A stretch of 64,000 nucleotides of DNA from an uncultured Chloroflexia bacterium (GCA_963736895.1 CAVTQU010000010.1:131111-195110); one strand, 5' to 3'; shown: positions 32,840 through 42,457, counted from the first letter of the stretch. Program-made: numbers and translations. The notes: generated by a model from the letters alone, not told the origin.

Positions 32840-34133
32840 GTGTCGCAACACGTAACCGTGTCGACTTCACAGCCGGCTGTGGCCCAGCACAACCCGCTGA
32901 CGCTTACGTTTGTCGACCCCGCAGTCGAACGCGAATACCAGCTCGCCGGAAGGATGAGCGCGGCGGACCGTCGATCCAGCTACCTCGGCTCGGCCGTTCT
33001 CTTTGCCATTGCCGGTCTGATCGTGCCGCTCGTCACATCCATTCCACCCACAGTGGCATACGTGCTGGCGGGCTTCGAAGTGGTCCTGAACCTGGTTGCC
33101 TACGTGGTTGTCGGGCGGCTCAACACGCGGGCGACGCAGGGCCGCGTGAGCGTCGTCTTGAACCTGCTCGCTGGCGTAGTCGTCCTGACCCTGGCGGGCG
33201 CTTCCGGGCAATTCGACCTGTACGCAGCCCCCGGCGTGATGGCCGTGATCCTGGTTGGGCTGGTCTCGGCGCGTCTTCGGTTCACTCATTCGGTGATCGT
33301 TGCGGTTGGGCACGTCGCCATATTTCTGGCATTCGCCCAGCGCTTTGCCACGGACCAGGTGCTGTTGCAGCTGTTCTTCGTGGTCACAGCCGCCACGGTC
33401 GGCGCCATCGGAACTTACGTGCTCGAGAACCAGAGCCGGCAACTGTTCGCCCAAAGCCAGCTGATCGCCTCGCTACACGCCCAGGTCGACCGACTCTTCC
33501 ACCAGTACCTGTCACCTGCGGTGGCGGAAACCTTGCTTACGGCACCGGAGCGGAGCGAGCTTGGCGGCGAGCTCGCCGAGGTCTCCGTGCTGTTCGCTGA
33601 TCTGCAGGGATTCACGTCGTTCTCGGAGCGGACCGATCCAGAAGCGGTCGTCCGACTGCTGAACGAGTACTTCGACAGCGCGGTCCCGCCGATCCTGCGG
33701 GAAGGCGGCACGATCACGCAGTTCGCCGGCGATGCGCTCATGGCGATCTTTAACGCCCCGCATCGCCAACCCGATCACGCGCGACGAGCCGGGACGGCGG
33801 CGCTTGCAATTCAGGCGGCCATAGAGCCGATCGCCGCTCTCGCCTCTGACCGCCCACATTTTCGCGTCGGCATTGCGACCGGTCCGGCGCTCGTTGGCAA
33901 CGTCGGCAGCACCGATGTGCGCAACTTCACAGCCATCGGCGACACGACGAATCTCGCTGCCCGACTGCAGACGTTCGCGGAACCAGGTCAGGTGGTGATC
34001 AGCGACAGGACGCTCGAGCTCCTCGGGCCCGGCCGACGTGGAGCCGCTTGGCGCACCGGCGCTCAAGGGCAAAAGCCTACCGGTGAAGGTCTACCACCTG
34101 CGCGCGCTTCGTGACGTTCCGGTCGCGGCATGA
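32840..34133 (+). CDS. membrane-anchored class III nucleotide (adenylate/guanylate) cyclase, 6 TM + CHD, one frame disruption
   Basis: GTG 4 nt after the ftsA stop. About six TM helices, then VSVLFADLQGFTSF...FAGDALMAIFNAP...IGDTTNLAARLQ...PGQVVIS. Skipping one base near 34034 gives the C-terminus ...LLGPGDVEPLGAPALKGKSLPVKVYHLRALRDVPVAA, whose TGA overlaps the yjbQ ATG. Confidence 0.85.
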
Positions 34134-34534
34134 AGCACGCCCAGATCACCTTCAGCACCGGTCGCAAACGCGGGCTCTTCGACATCACCCGTGAGTGCGC
34201 CAACTTCGTCAACGGCGAGGGCGACGGCCTGCTCAATGTCTTCGTGCCGCACGCCACGGCGGGCGTTGTGATCATGGAGCTGGGCGCCGGGTCAGACGAG
34301 GATCTGATGACTCGACTCGACGAGCTTTTGCCACGCGACGATCGGTGGCGGCACGCCCACGGATCGGCCGGCCATGGCGCGGATCACGTCCTGCCGCTGC
34401 TCGTTCCGCCGTCGGTTGTGGTGCCCGTTGTCAACGGCCAGCTGGGCCTCGGGACGTGGCAGTCGATCGCCCTGCTGGATCCCAACCAGGACAACGACAT
34501 GCGGACCGTGACCCTCACTTTCCTACCCGGCTGA
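34130..34534 (+). CDS. yjbQ: YjbQ/UPF0047 family protein (secondary thiamine-phosphate synthase-like)
   Basis: Intact 134 aa. ...DITRECANFV...GLLNVFVPHATAGVVIMELGAGSDEDL...HAHGSAGHGADHVLPLLV...LGLGTWQSIALLD is typical of the family. ATGA-coupled to the cyclase. Confidence 0.85.
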   Translation: MKHAQITFSTGRKRGLFDITRECANFVNGEGDGLLNVFVPHATAGVVIMELGAGSDEDLMTRLDELLPRDDRWRHAHGSAGHGADHVLPLLVPPSVVVPVVNGQLGLGTWQSIALLDPNQDNDMRTVTLTFLPG

Positions 34535-34661
34535 GGCATCGCCGTGACGAAAAAACGACGCGGCATGCCCAGTTACGTGCCCTAGTCTGTCGCGCAGTCG
34601 ACGGCGACTTGCGTGTGGGGCCGCAAGTGTCCGCCGGCGAACGGTGCGAGGGGTAAGGATC

Positions 34662-37600
34662 ATGACTGCCACGGCGCCGACTGGGTCGGTGACGCTGATG
34701 TTCACCGATATCGAAGGCTCGACGAAACTGCTCGAACGCCTTCGCGATGGCTATGCGCTGGTGTTGGAGCAGCAACGTGATCTGCTGCGCGCGGCCTTCG
34801 AGAGCCATGAGGGCTTCGAGGTCGACACGCAGGGCGATTCGTTCCTCGTGGCCTTCTCTTCAGCTGTCGCGGCACTCCTCTGCGCGACAGAGATCCAACG
34901 GTCGATCGCCGCCCACGAGTGGCCACTCGGCGCCGACTTACGCGTTCGGATAGGCATCCACGCCGGCCGTCCCGTGCTGGCTTCGACAGGCTACGTGGGC
35001 GTTGATGTCCACCGCGGAGCTCAAATCGGCGCGGCGGCGCACGGTGGCCAGGTTCTCCTCTCTCGGGCCACACGAGATCAGCTCGACCCATCGCAGGACG
35101 AGCGCTTCAGCTTCGACGACCTGGGTATGCACAGGTTCAAGGGCCTAACGGAGCCCACGGCGGTCCTCGGTCTGCGCATCGAAGGTCTGACCACGGATTT
35201 CCCGCCGATCAGGGCATCCGCACCTGAAGACGAACCCCCAGCGCCGGGCGATCCGCCGTACAAAGGCCTCCTCCGCTTCGAAGCCGAGGACTCAGGCCTC
35301 TATTTCGGCCGCGAGGCGCTCGTCGCCCAGGTGGCGGCGGCCGTCCGCTCGCAGCCGTTCATCGCCGTCGTCGGCGCATCGGGAAGCGGCAAGTCGTCGC
35401 TCCTTCGCGCCGGTGTCATCCCCGTTGTCTCGGACGCCGGTTCGTTCGCGAACGTGACCGTCATGACGCCGACGGCCGACCCGTTGGAAGCTGGTGCCGA
35501 AGCCCTCGAGGGCTCGGGACTGCTCGTGGTCGACCAATTCGAAGAGCTGTTCACCCTCTGCCACGACGACCGTCTTCGGCACGACTTCGTGGCACGGTTG
35601 ATGAATGCAGCGCAGGGCGGCCTGCACGTGTTGATCACTCTTCGCGCCGATTTCTACGTCGCGGTATCTCAATTTCCCGAGCTGCGTCAGGCGGTCGCTG
35701 ACAACCAGTTCTACATCGGTCCAATGGAACGAGACGATCTGCGCCGGGCAATCGAGGAACCGGCACGCCGTGGGGGTTGGGAGATCGCGCCCGGCCTGGT
35801 TGATCTGCTCTTGCGGGACATTGGCAACGAACCAGGCGCACTTCCGCTCCTGTCACACGCGTTGCTCGAGACGTGGCATCGCCGGCGTGGCAGTCGGATG
35901 ACTCTCAAGGGCTACTTCGAGTCAGGGGAGGTAAGCGGCGCTATCGCCCGAACCGCCGACCGGCTCTACGCCGAGCTGCCAGACGCCGAACGACATGTCG
36001 CGCGCAACATCCTCCTTCGATTGACTGAGCTCGGCGAGGGGGCGCAGGACACTCGCCGGCGGGCGGCGCTGGTCGAGCTCGTGCCATCCGGTGGAGCTCA
36101 GGGCACCAACGATGTGCTGCGCAGGTTGATCGATGCGCGATTGGTAACAGTCGACGACGGGACCGCCGAGGTTGCCCACGAGGCGCTCATCCGCGAGTGG
36201 CCCCTGCTCCGTGGATGGCTCGAGGACGACCGCGAGGGCTTGCGTGTCCAGCGTCAACTGACCGACGCGGCGGGCGAGTGGCACGCGCTGGCGCACGAGT
36301 CCAGCCTCCTGTTTCGCGGCGCGCGGCTAGCCACCGCCCGCGAGTGGTCGGCGGCACATCCTGGCACTCTCACCGATAGCGAATCGGAATTTCTGGCTGC
36401 GTCGATAGATGCTGAGGAGAGCGATGCGCGCGAGCGGGCCGAACAGCAGCAGCGGGAGCTCGAGGCCGCACAACGCGCCGCCGAAGCCGAGCGCCGTCGA
36501 GCTGAGGATCAGGCGGCCGCAGCTCGACGTCTGCGTCGACGCGCCTACATCCTGGTTGGAGCCGTTGTCATCGCCGCCGGGCTCGGCGTCGCCGCGGTTG
36601 CCTTCGCCCTCCGAGCCAATGAGCAGACCGATATCGCCCGTGACCAGACAACAATCGCGCAGGAGCAGCAGGCTGAAGCTGAAGCGCAGCGAGCCACGGC
36701 CGACGAGCAGAGAACGCTGGCGGAACAACGCCAGCGTGACGCCGAGGAGCAGCGCAGCACCGCGACTTCGCGCCAGCTCGCCGTGCAGGCTGCTGCGAAC
36801 TTGCCCGACCTTGACCTGTCCCTGCTGCTGAGCATGGAAGCTCTCCGCCACAGCAATTCGTTAGAGGCACGTCAGAGCCTCTTGAACGGGCTTCTCTCTG
36901 AGCCGCAGCTCCAGGCCTTGGCGCGAATCCCTGGCCGCGCCGAAAGAACATGGTTCTGGGGTGAGGGGAAATCGTGTCGCGACTATCAGCGCCGATGGTC
37001 AGGTACGCACGTGGAGCATCATCGACGGCGGCCGACTGGAGCCAGGCGCTGAGTTCTCGACCAGCGACCACGTGAGTGTCGAGCCAAGTCCTGACGGCTC
37101 ACGGCTTGCGACTCTGCTGGACGACGAGCTGAAGGTCTGGTCGATCGAGTCCGGCGAGATGATCGATCGGTTTGTCGTTTGTGGCGACGGGGGCCATGCG
37201 GCGGGCGTCGCCTGGAGTCCCGATGGCAGTCGGCTTGCCGCTTCGTGTGGTGCGGTGAACCCGGTCGTTGAGAGGGATCCGGAGGCATCACCCTGATCGA
37301 CCTGGTGAGCCCACGAGTCGACTGTATTTGGGGCAGGTTATGCGCGCGACCTGGTTTTCTCGCCCGACGGGCGCCTCGTCGCGGTGCTGACTACGACGCA
37401 GAGTTCCAGCGCGGCCATAGGCAGACTCGTCGACGGGGAGGTGCACGACTCCGGCGCCACTTCGATCATGTTCGACACCGTCGAGGGCGGCACCGCCGTC
37501 CAGATCTGGAACGTCTCCGATTCAAGCCTCGTGTCCGAGCTGCCGCCGGGCAACGGGCGAAGCATTTGTCGCGTTCAGTCCTGACAGCAGGAAGGTCGCG

Positions 37601-38893
37601 TTCGCGTACATCGATGCATCGGATCGATCCGCGTCTCGACGTGTGGGGCGTTGATGGGCCTGATCGTCTCATCTCCGTCGCAATGGACCGGATCTCTAAT
37701 GGCCCCCCGATCTTTGGATCGGATGGCCGGACGATCGCCGTCACTACCGACGAGGGCGGCCGACTCCTGGACGCTGAAACGGGCGACCTGTCGAATCCGT
37801 TGGTCGGCTGTTCGGAATTGCGAAGCCCGCAATTCAGCCCCGACGGCACGCGGCTGGTCGGCGTCTGCCGCGACATCCCCACGGAGCCAACGGTGTTCGT
37901 CTACGACATCTACGGAGGCTTGGCACGCAAGCTTGCTGCTCACGATGTGACCCTGGCGGACATGGCATTTGGATCCGATGGTCGCTTTGCTTCGATCGCC
38001 CAATCCGAGAACGGCGCTACGTCGACCGTGGCCCTGTGGCAGCTCGACCTGCCGAAATCGACTCTCGCAGACGTCTGCCACGTTGACCGGCCAAGACTCC
38101 GTCGTTGGCTTGTCGGGGGACGGCAGGACGACCCTCGAGTATTCAACCTCGGGCGAAGTTTTCTTGCGTGATGCAGTCGACGGCGGCTTATCTCGGGAGA
38201 TCAGGTGTCCGATCACGTCCGAAGGGGCGTCGGGGTCCCAGTTGGTTCAGGCGGCCGGTTCATACATCGCCTGTGTCGGCGGTAGCGGAGAGGACATCGA
38301 GGTACATGACTGGGACGACGGCCGCCTGCTCGTCACATTGAAACCCGACGCTCAGGAAGCGGGGGCAGTCCGAACCATGCAGCTCTCACCCGATGGCCGG
38401 ACTCTCTTCGCGTCTTTCTTCCCAACCGACGCAGATGAAGCATCCACTGCCGTCTGGTCATCGGCCTGGAGCACGGAGGATGGCACGGAGCGCCTTCGAC
38501 TCCAGGACGGCGCGGAGGCCGTTGCCTTCAGTGCGGATGGATCACGAATCGCGATCGGTATCGACGAGGAGATCGCGGTTTTCGAAACCGAGTCCATGGT
38601 CTAGGCTCGCCACGCTGGCAGGTCATGACGCGCAGGTCGGGGCACTCGCGTTCGATTTGGCCGGGGACGCCCTGGCTTCCGGAGATGCCAACGGCGTGAT
38701 CCTCCTGTGGAGCACGACCACCTGGCAGCAGTCCGGCGCGCCGCTCGCGCTGGCTCGGCGGTCCGAAACTTGGCCTCATTTGGCTCCATGTTTGGTTCAT
38801 CCGGCGCCGGTTCCGTGGCGTAACTGGCCGCAGGCATGTGACCTTCCAGCCTCGTCGGCGTTGGGTTCGTCCGGAGCTGGCTCGGTGGCGTAA
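34662..38893 (+). CDS. multidomain signalling protein: class III cyclase-like domain + STAND-type P-loop NTPase + single TM + WD40/beta-propeller repeats; at least 8 frame disruptions, 3' end uncertain
   Basis: ATG 34662 with GGTAAGGA upstream; the ORF is open from 34644.
- CHD: VTLMFTDIEGST...TQGDSFLVAF.
- NTPase: PYKGLLRFEAEDSGLYFGRE, Walker A VVGASGSGKSSLLRAG, Walker B LLVVDQFEELF, and HEALIREWPLLRGWLEDDREGLRVQRQL.
- TM: YILVGAVVIAAGLGVAAVAFAL, at 36541-36612.
- Repeats: VAWSPDGSRLAAS, LVFSPDGRLVAV, FVAFSPDSRKVAF, QFSPDGTRLVGV, MQLSPDGRTLFAS, VAFSADGSRIAIG and LAGHDAQVGALAFDLAGDALASGDANGVILLWS.
- These lie in pieces 36961..37296, 37384..37584, 37305..38171, 37969..38604 and 38393..38893. 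Confidence 0.75.
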
Positions 38894-38904
38894 AACCGTG
38901 GCAT
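38790..38904. repeat. 70-bp-period tandem duplication at the 3' end of the WD40 gene, upstream of ftsZ
   Basis: The two copies start at 38790 and 38860. The first 34 nt of each match at 28 of 34 positions. All 6 mismatches fall on positions that are synonymous in the minus-strand frame, which encodes YATEPAPDEPN in both copies. Confidence 0.8.
38797..38904 (-). CDS. candidate small ORF (35 aa as written) with strong SD; first of two tandem MPxxxYATEPAPDEPN units
   Basis: GGAGGGAG lies 5 nt upstream of ATG 38904, giving MPRFYATEPAPDEPNADEAGRSH... A second unit starts at ATG 38837 with GGAAGG 4 nt upstream, giving MPAASYATEPAPDEPNMEPNEAKF... The second ATG is +1 out of frame with the first. 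True extent is unresolved. Confidence 0.3.
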   Translation of the reverse strand: MPRFYATEPAPDEPNADEAGRSHACGQLRHGTGAG

Positions 38905-39229
38905 ATCAACTCCCTCCTTTTCGCGATCGCTCGACGGCGAGCGTGGACAGATCGTCGAGAGTAACCGCGGCCGCCCGACATCGGCCAGAGGACGAGTTCC
39001 GTGTCATCCCACCGACACGGGTGCCGACTGTTGACGAGCCCCAGGACTGTCCACATTTTCTCCACATTCGAGCCCGAAAGGGCAACCGAAACGGTCCTCG
39101 CCGGGACCAAAGTGCCCGCCTCGGCCTGAGGGTGCCGGTCTATACTCGGCCGCATCCGAATCGGTGCCCGGCGGCAGCGCCCTAGCCGGCCCGGTAGGGT
39201 GTATTTAGGCGGTTTGTTGGAGGGTTGTG

Positions 39230-40454
39230 ATGCCGTTGCGGTCGGACTCGGAGAACTTCGCACTTATCCGGGTCATCGGGGTAGGCGGCGGCGGAAGTAA
39301 CGCCGTCAACCGGATGATTCGAGCGGAGTTGATGGGAGTCGAGTTCATTGCCGTCAACACCGACGCGCAGGCTCTGCTGCAGTCAGACGCACCGCACAAG
39401 ATCCGCATCGGCGACAAGATCACGCGCGGCCTGGGCGCCGGCGGAGATCCCGGCATCGGCCAGCGTGCGGCCGAGGAGGACGCCGAGAAGATCTTCGAGG
39501 CGCTCAAGGACTCGGACATGGTCTTCATCACGGCGGGCATGGGCGGCGGCACCGGATCCGGCGCCGCGCCGGTCATCGCGGAGGTGGCGCGTGACCTGGG
39601 CGCACTGACCATCGGCGTCGTCACCAAGCCGTTCTCCTTCGAGGGCGCCAAGCGCCGCCTCAACGCGGAGAAGGCCACCGAGGCGCTGCGCGACAAGGTC
39701 GACACGCTGATCACGATCCCCAACGACCGGCTCAGGGACGTCGTCCAGAAGGAAACGATCGATCGTCGACGCGTTTCGCGTCGTCGACGACGTGCTGCGC
39801 CAGGGTGTCCAGGGCATCAGCGACCTCATCACGGTCCCGGGCCTTATCAATCTCGACTTTGCCGACGTGCGAACGGTCATGAAGGACGCTGGCTCTGCCC
39901 TGATGGGTATCGGCCGCGCCAGTGGCGAGGGCCGCGCGACCAAAGCCGCCCAGGAGGCGATTGCCAGCCCGCTGCTCGAGGTCAACATCAGCGGCGCGCA
40001 GGGTGTGTTGTTCAACGTCACCGGCGGGGCAAGTCTCAGCCTGTTCGAGGTCGACGAGGCCGCGGAGATCATCCGCGCCACGGCTGACCCGGAGGCGAAC
40101 ATCATCTTCGGCACGGTCATCGACGAGCGGATGGAAGACGACATCTCGATCACGGTGATCGCCACCGGGTTCGACTCGTCCCGCAAGCGTGACGTCGTCC
40201 GGACACAGACGCAGATGCCCGCCGAGGTGGCCAGCGAGCTGCGTGTCGCGCGCGAGCGCGAGGCCGTCCGCGAGATGGAGCTCGAGGAGAGCCCGTACAC
40301 GGCGATCCCCGTGACTCCGGAGAGTGACGGACTGCCCACTGCGGCCGTCGTCGCGCCACGCACCGATCAGCGGGCCCAGCCGATGCCGGCGCGCGGTCCA
40401 CAGGCCGAGCTGGAAGACCTGGACATCCCGGCGTTCCTGCGCCGGCACCGCTGA
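39230..40454 (+). CDS. ftsZ: cell division GTPase FtsZ, one frame disruption
   Basis: GGAGGG lies 5 nt upstream of ATG 39230; GTG 39227 is also in frame. [17 protein letters not shown], the tubulin signature [13 protein letters not shown], and NDRL. There is a break at 39757-39765, within GATCGATCG; removing one ATCG unit restores ...[27 protein letters not shown]. The C-terminal peptide is [10 protein letters not shown]. Confidence 0.93.
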
Positions 40455-41167
40455 CCACCAGCGCCGATAGCGAGGCTCTGCGCAGAGCCCATCAACAGGT
40501 CCTCGACCGGATAGTTTCGGCCGCGAACCGCGTCGGTCGCGACCCGTCGGAGATAAGCCTCGTCTGTGTTTCCAAGTCGGTTTCGGCTGCCCGGTTGCAG
40601 GCCGCGGTTGCAGCCGGCATGACAACGTTTGGTGAGAACCGCATCCAGGAGGCCGAGTCGAAGGCGCCCGACGTGCCGGGTGCGAGCTGGCGGCTGGTAG
40701 GTCACCTGCAGGGCAACAAGGCCGCCCGGGCAAGCCGACTCTTCGACTCGATCAATTCCGTCGACTCCCTTGCATTAGCCCGCCGGCTGAGCGAGCTGGG
40801 GCATGACCAACGCGACGGCCGGCCAATACCGGTCCTTCTCCAGGTCAACGTCGACAGCGATCCTGCCAAGGAGGGCTTCGATCCAGCCGTTCTTGAATCA
40901 ACTCTGCCGGAGCTTCTGGCTCTCCCGGGCCTGGACGTCCAGGGCTTGATGACTGTGGGCCGGATGGTCGATCGGGCGGCGGAAGCTCGACCAACCTTCG
41001 TCAGCCTGCGCCGGCTGAGCGAGCGACTGCGGCGCGTGGAGTCGGGCCTGGGATTCCAGCTTTCGATGGGCATGAGCGACGACTTCGAGGTGGCGGTGGA
41101 GGAGGGAGCGACGATGGTTCGGGTGGGCCGGGCCATCTTCGGTGAGCGCGCCGGCCCTACGACCTAG
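40451..41167 (+). CDS. yggS: PLP-binding homeostasis protein YggS/YlmE; CTG start inferred
   Basis: ...[33 protein letters not shown]...[12 protein letters not shown]...[28 protein letters not shown]. Family homology extends about 48 codons upstream of the first canonical start (TTG 40595), and there is no in-frame ATG/GTG/TTG in that stretch. CTG 40451 overlaps the ftsZ TGA. Confidence 0.82.
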   Translation: MTTSADSEALRRAHQQVLDRIVSAANRVGRDPSEISLVCVSKSVSAARLQAAVAAGMTTFGENRIQEAESKAPDVPGASWRLVGHLQGNKAARASRLFDSINSVDSLALARRLSELGHDQRDGRPIPVLLQVNVDSDPAKEGFDPAVLESTLPELLALPGLDVQGLMTVGRMVDRAAEARPTFVSLRRLSERLRRVESGLGFQLSMGMSDDFEVAVEEGATMVRVGRAIFGERAGPTT

Positions 41168-41188
41168 TCGACCTATACTCGGGCCACG

Positions 41189-41446
41189 GTGGACGTCTCA
41201 GCATTTCTGCGCGTCTTTGTTGAGCTGCTCGTCACGGTCCTGTTTCTGGTCGTTACCGGCCGCGTCCTGATCAGCTGGATCAATCCCCAATTCGAGGGCC
41301 CAGTGGCGCGATTCCTCTTCGAAACGACCGAGCCGCTTCTCTCGCCGATCCGACGTGTCCTGCCGAAGACGGGCGCAATGGACCTTTCGCCGCTGGTCCT
41401 CAGCCTGGGGCTGCTGATCCTGATGCGCGTCCTACTCGTCCGGTAG
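41189..41446 (+). CDS. yggT: YggT/YlmG family membrane protein
   Basis: 85 aa with two TM helices and the conserved ...EPLLSPIRRVLP..G.DLSPLV motif. Standard ftsZ-ylmE-ylmG neighbourhood. Confidence 0.8.
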   Translation: MDVSAFLRVFVELLVTVLFLVVTGRVLISWINPQFEGPVARFLFETTEPLLSPIRRVLPKTGAMDLSPLVLSLGLLILMRVLLVR

Positions 41447-41476
41447 GGGATAATCCTCAGGTCCTGGCGACATCTT

Positions 41477-41552
41477 GGGCGATTGGCTCAGTGGTTAGAG
41501 CACTCGGTTCACATCCGAGGGGTCACTGGTTCGAATCCAGTATCGCCCACCA
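41477..41552 (+). tRNA. tRNA-Val (anticodon CAC), CCA encoded
   Basis: Manual cloverleaf. Acceptor GGGCGAT/ATCGCCC, D arm GCTC/GAGC, anticodon stem CTCGG/CCGAG with loop TTCACAT, T arm ACTGG/CCAGT with TTCGAAT, and 3' ACCA. A T5 run follows. Confidence 0.95.
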
Positions 41553-41576
41553 TTTTTCCTGACCTCCTCGACCTTC

Positions 41577-41623
41577 TTGACACGGATCGATCAATGGCTA
41601 CACTTAACCATTATGTTAAGTGT
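41577..41623 (+). promoter_or_regulatory. candidate arsR promoter (leaderless) with overlapping inverted-repeat operator
   Basis: -35 TTGACA at 41577-41582, a 16-nt spacer, and -10 TACACT at 41599-41604. The ATG at 41613 is 9 nt after the -10. The inverted repeat ACACTTAAC (41600-41608) N6 GTTAAGTGT (41615-41623) spans the -10, the transcription start and the start codon. Confidence 0.5.
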
Positions 41624-41975
41624 CGTGCCACAGCGGACGAGCGAAGAACTGGATCTGCTGTTTGGTGCGCTGGCTGACGCCACGCGCCGGGGCATCGTCG
41701 AGCGACTCGCAGTCGGGGAGGCGACGGTGACGGAGCTCGCAGCTCCGTATTCCATCAGTCTCCCGGCGATCTCCCGCCACCTCAAGGTGCTCGAGCGTGC
41801 GTCGCTCATCACCCGAAGCCATGAAGGCAGGTGGCGCAACGCGCGTCTCTCTCCGACGTCGCTGGCCGGCGCTGCGACATGGCTCTTGCAGCAGGAGAGG
41901 CTCTGGGCCGAGAGGTTCGACCGGCTCGACGACCACCTCGCTCGACTCACCGAAACCGAGAAAGGAACGCCATGA
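41613..41975 (+). CDS. ArsR/SmtB-family transcriptional regulator
   Basis: LFGALADATRRGIVERLAVGEATVTELAAPYSISLPAISRHLKVLERASLI is a winged HTH. The ORF is open from TTG 41577, but that TTG is part of the -35 hexamer. ATGA overlap with the next gene. Confidence 0.85.
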   Translation: MLSVVPQRTSEELDLLFGALADATRRGIVERLAVGEATVTELAAPYSISLPAISRHLKVLERASLITRSHEGRWRNARLSPTSLAGAATWLLQQERLWAERFDRLDDHLARLTETEKGTP

Positions 41976-42457
41976 CCACGACGACAACTCCTGAACTCGT
42001 CCTGACTCGCATCGTCAATGCGCCACGCGCGCTCGTTTACCAGGCGTTCACAGATCCTGATCAGTTCGCGTCGTGGTGGGGCCCCATCGGCAATTCACTG
42101 CCCCGCGACGAGGTCGAGTTCGACGTGCGCCCCGGCGGCTATCAGAAATGGTCGGAGGTCTTTCCAGCGCAACCGGACAATTGGACCCGCGGACGCATCG
42201 ACCTTACGGACGTCGTCGACGGCGAGCTGCTCGATGGCGTCATGAGCATCACTGGCCAGCTGCCGGGAGGCTTCAAGCCGTTCGAGACCAGGATGCGCAT
42301 CGAGTTCCACGACGAGGCCGACGGACGGACGCGCCTCGAGATCAGCCAGTGGCTCCCGGAGCACCTGGTGGCCCCAACTCAGAACGGCTGGCGCGAGGCG
42401 TTCTCCAAGCTGGACGCCACGTTGGTCAAACCAGAACCGTCAACGACCCGGGCTTGA
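41972..42457 (+). CDS. SRPBCC-superfamily protein (Aha1/activator of Hsp90 ATPase homolog 1-like domain)
   Basis: LVLTRIVNAPRALVYQAFTDPDQFASWWGP...GWREAFSKLDATL. This is the classic gene pair with an ArsR regulator. Confidence 0.82.
   Translation: MTTTTTPELVLTRIVNAPRALVYQAFTDPDQFASWWGPIGNSLPRDEVEFDVRPGGYQKWSEVFPAQPDNWTRGRIDLTDVVDGELLDGVMSITGQLPGGFKPFETRMRIEFHDEADGRTRLEISQWLPEHLVAPTQNGWREAFSKLDATLVKPEPSTTRA

Noticed and set aside
38838-39185. A 115-aa plus-strand ORF in the ftsZ upstream region.
   Set aside because: It is Arg-rich and lower in third-position GC, has no SD, and spans what is more plausibly the divergent promoter region between the small minus-strand ORFs and ftsZ.
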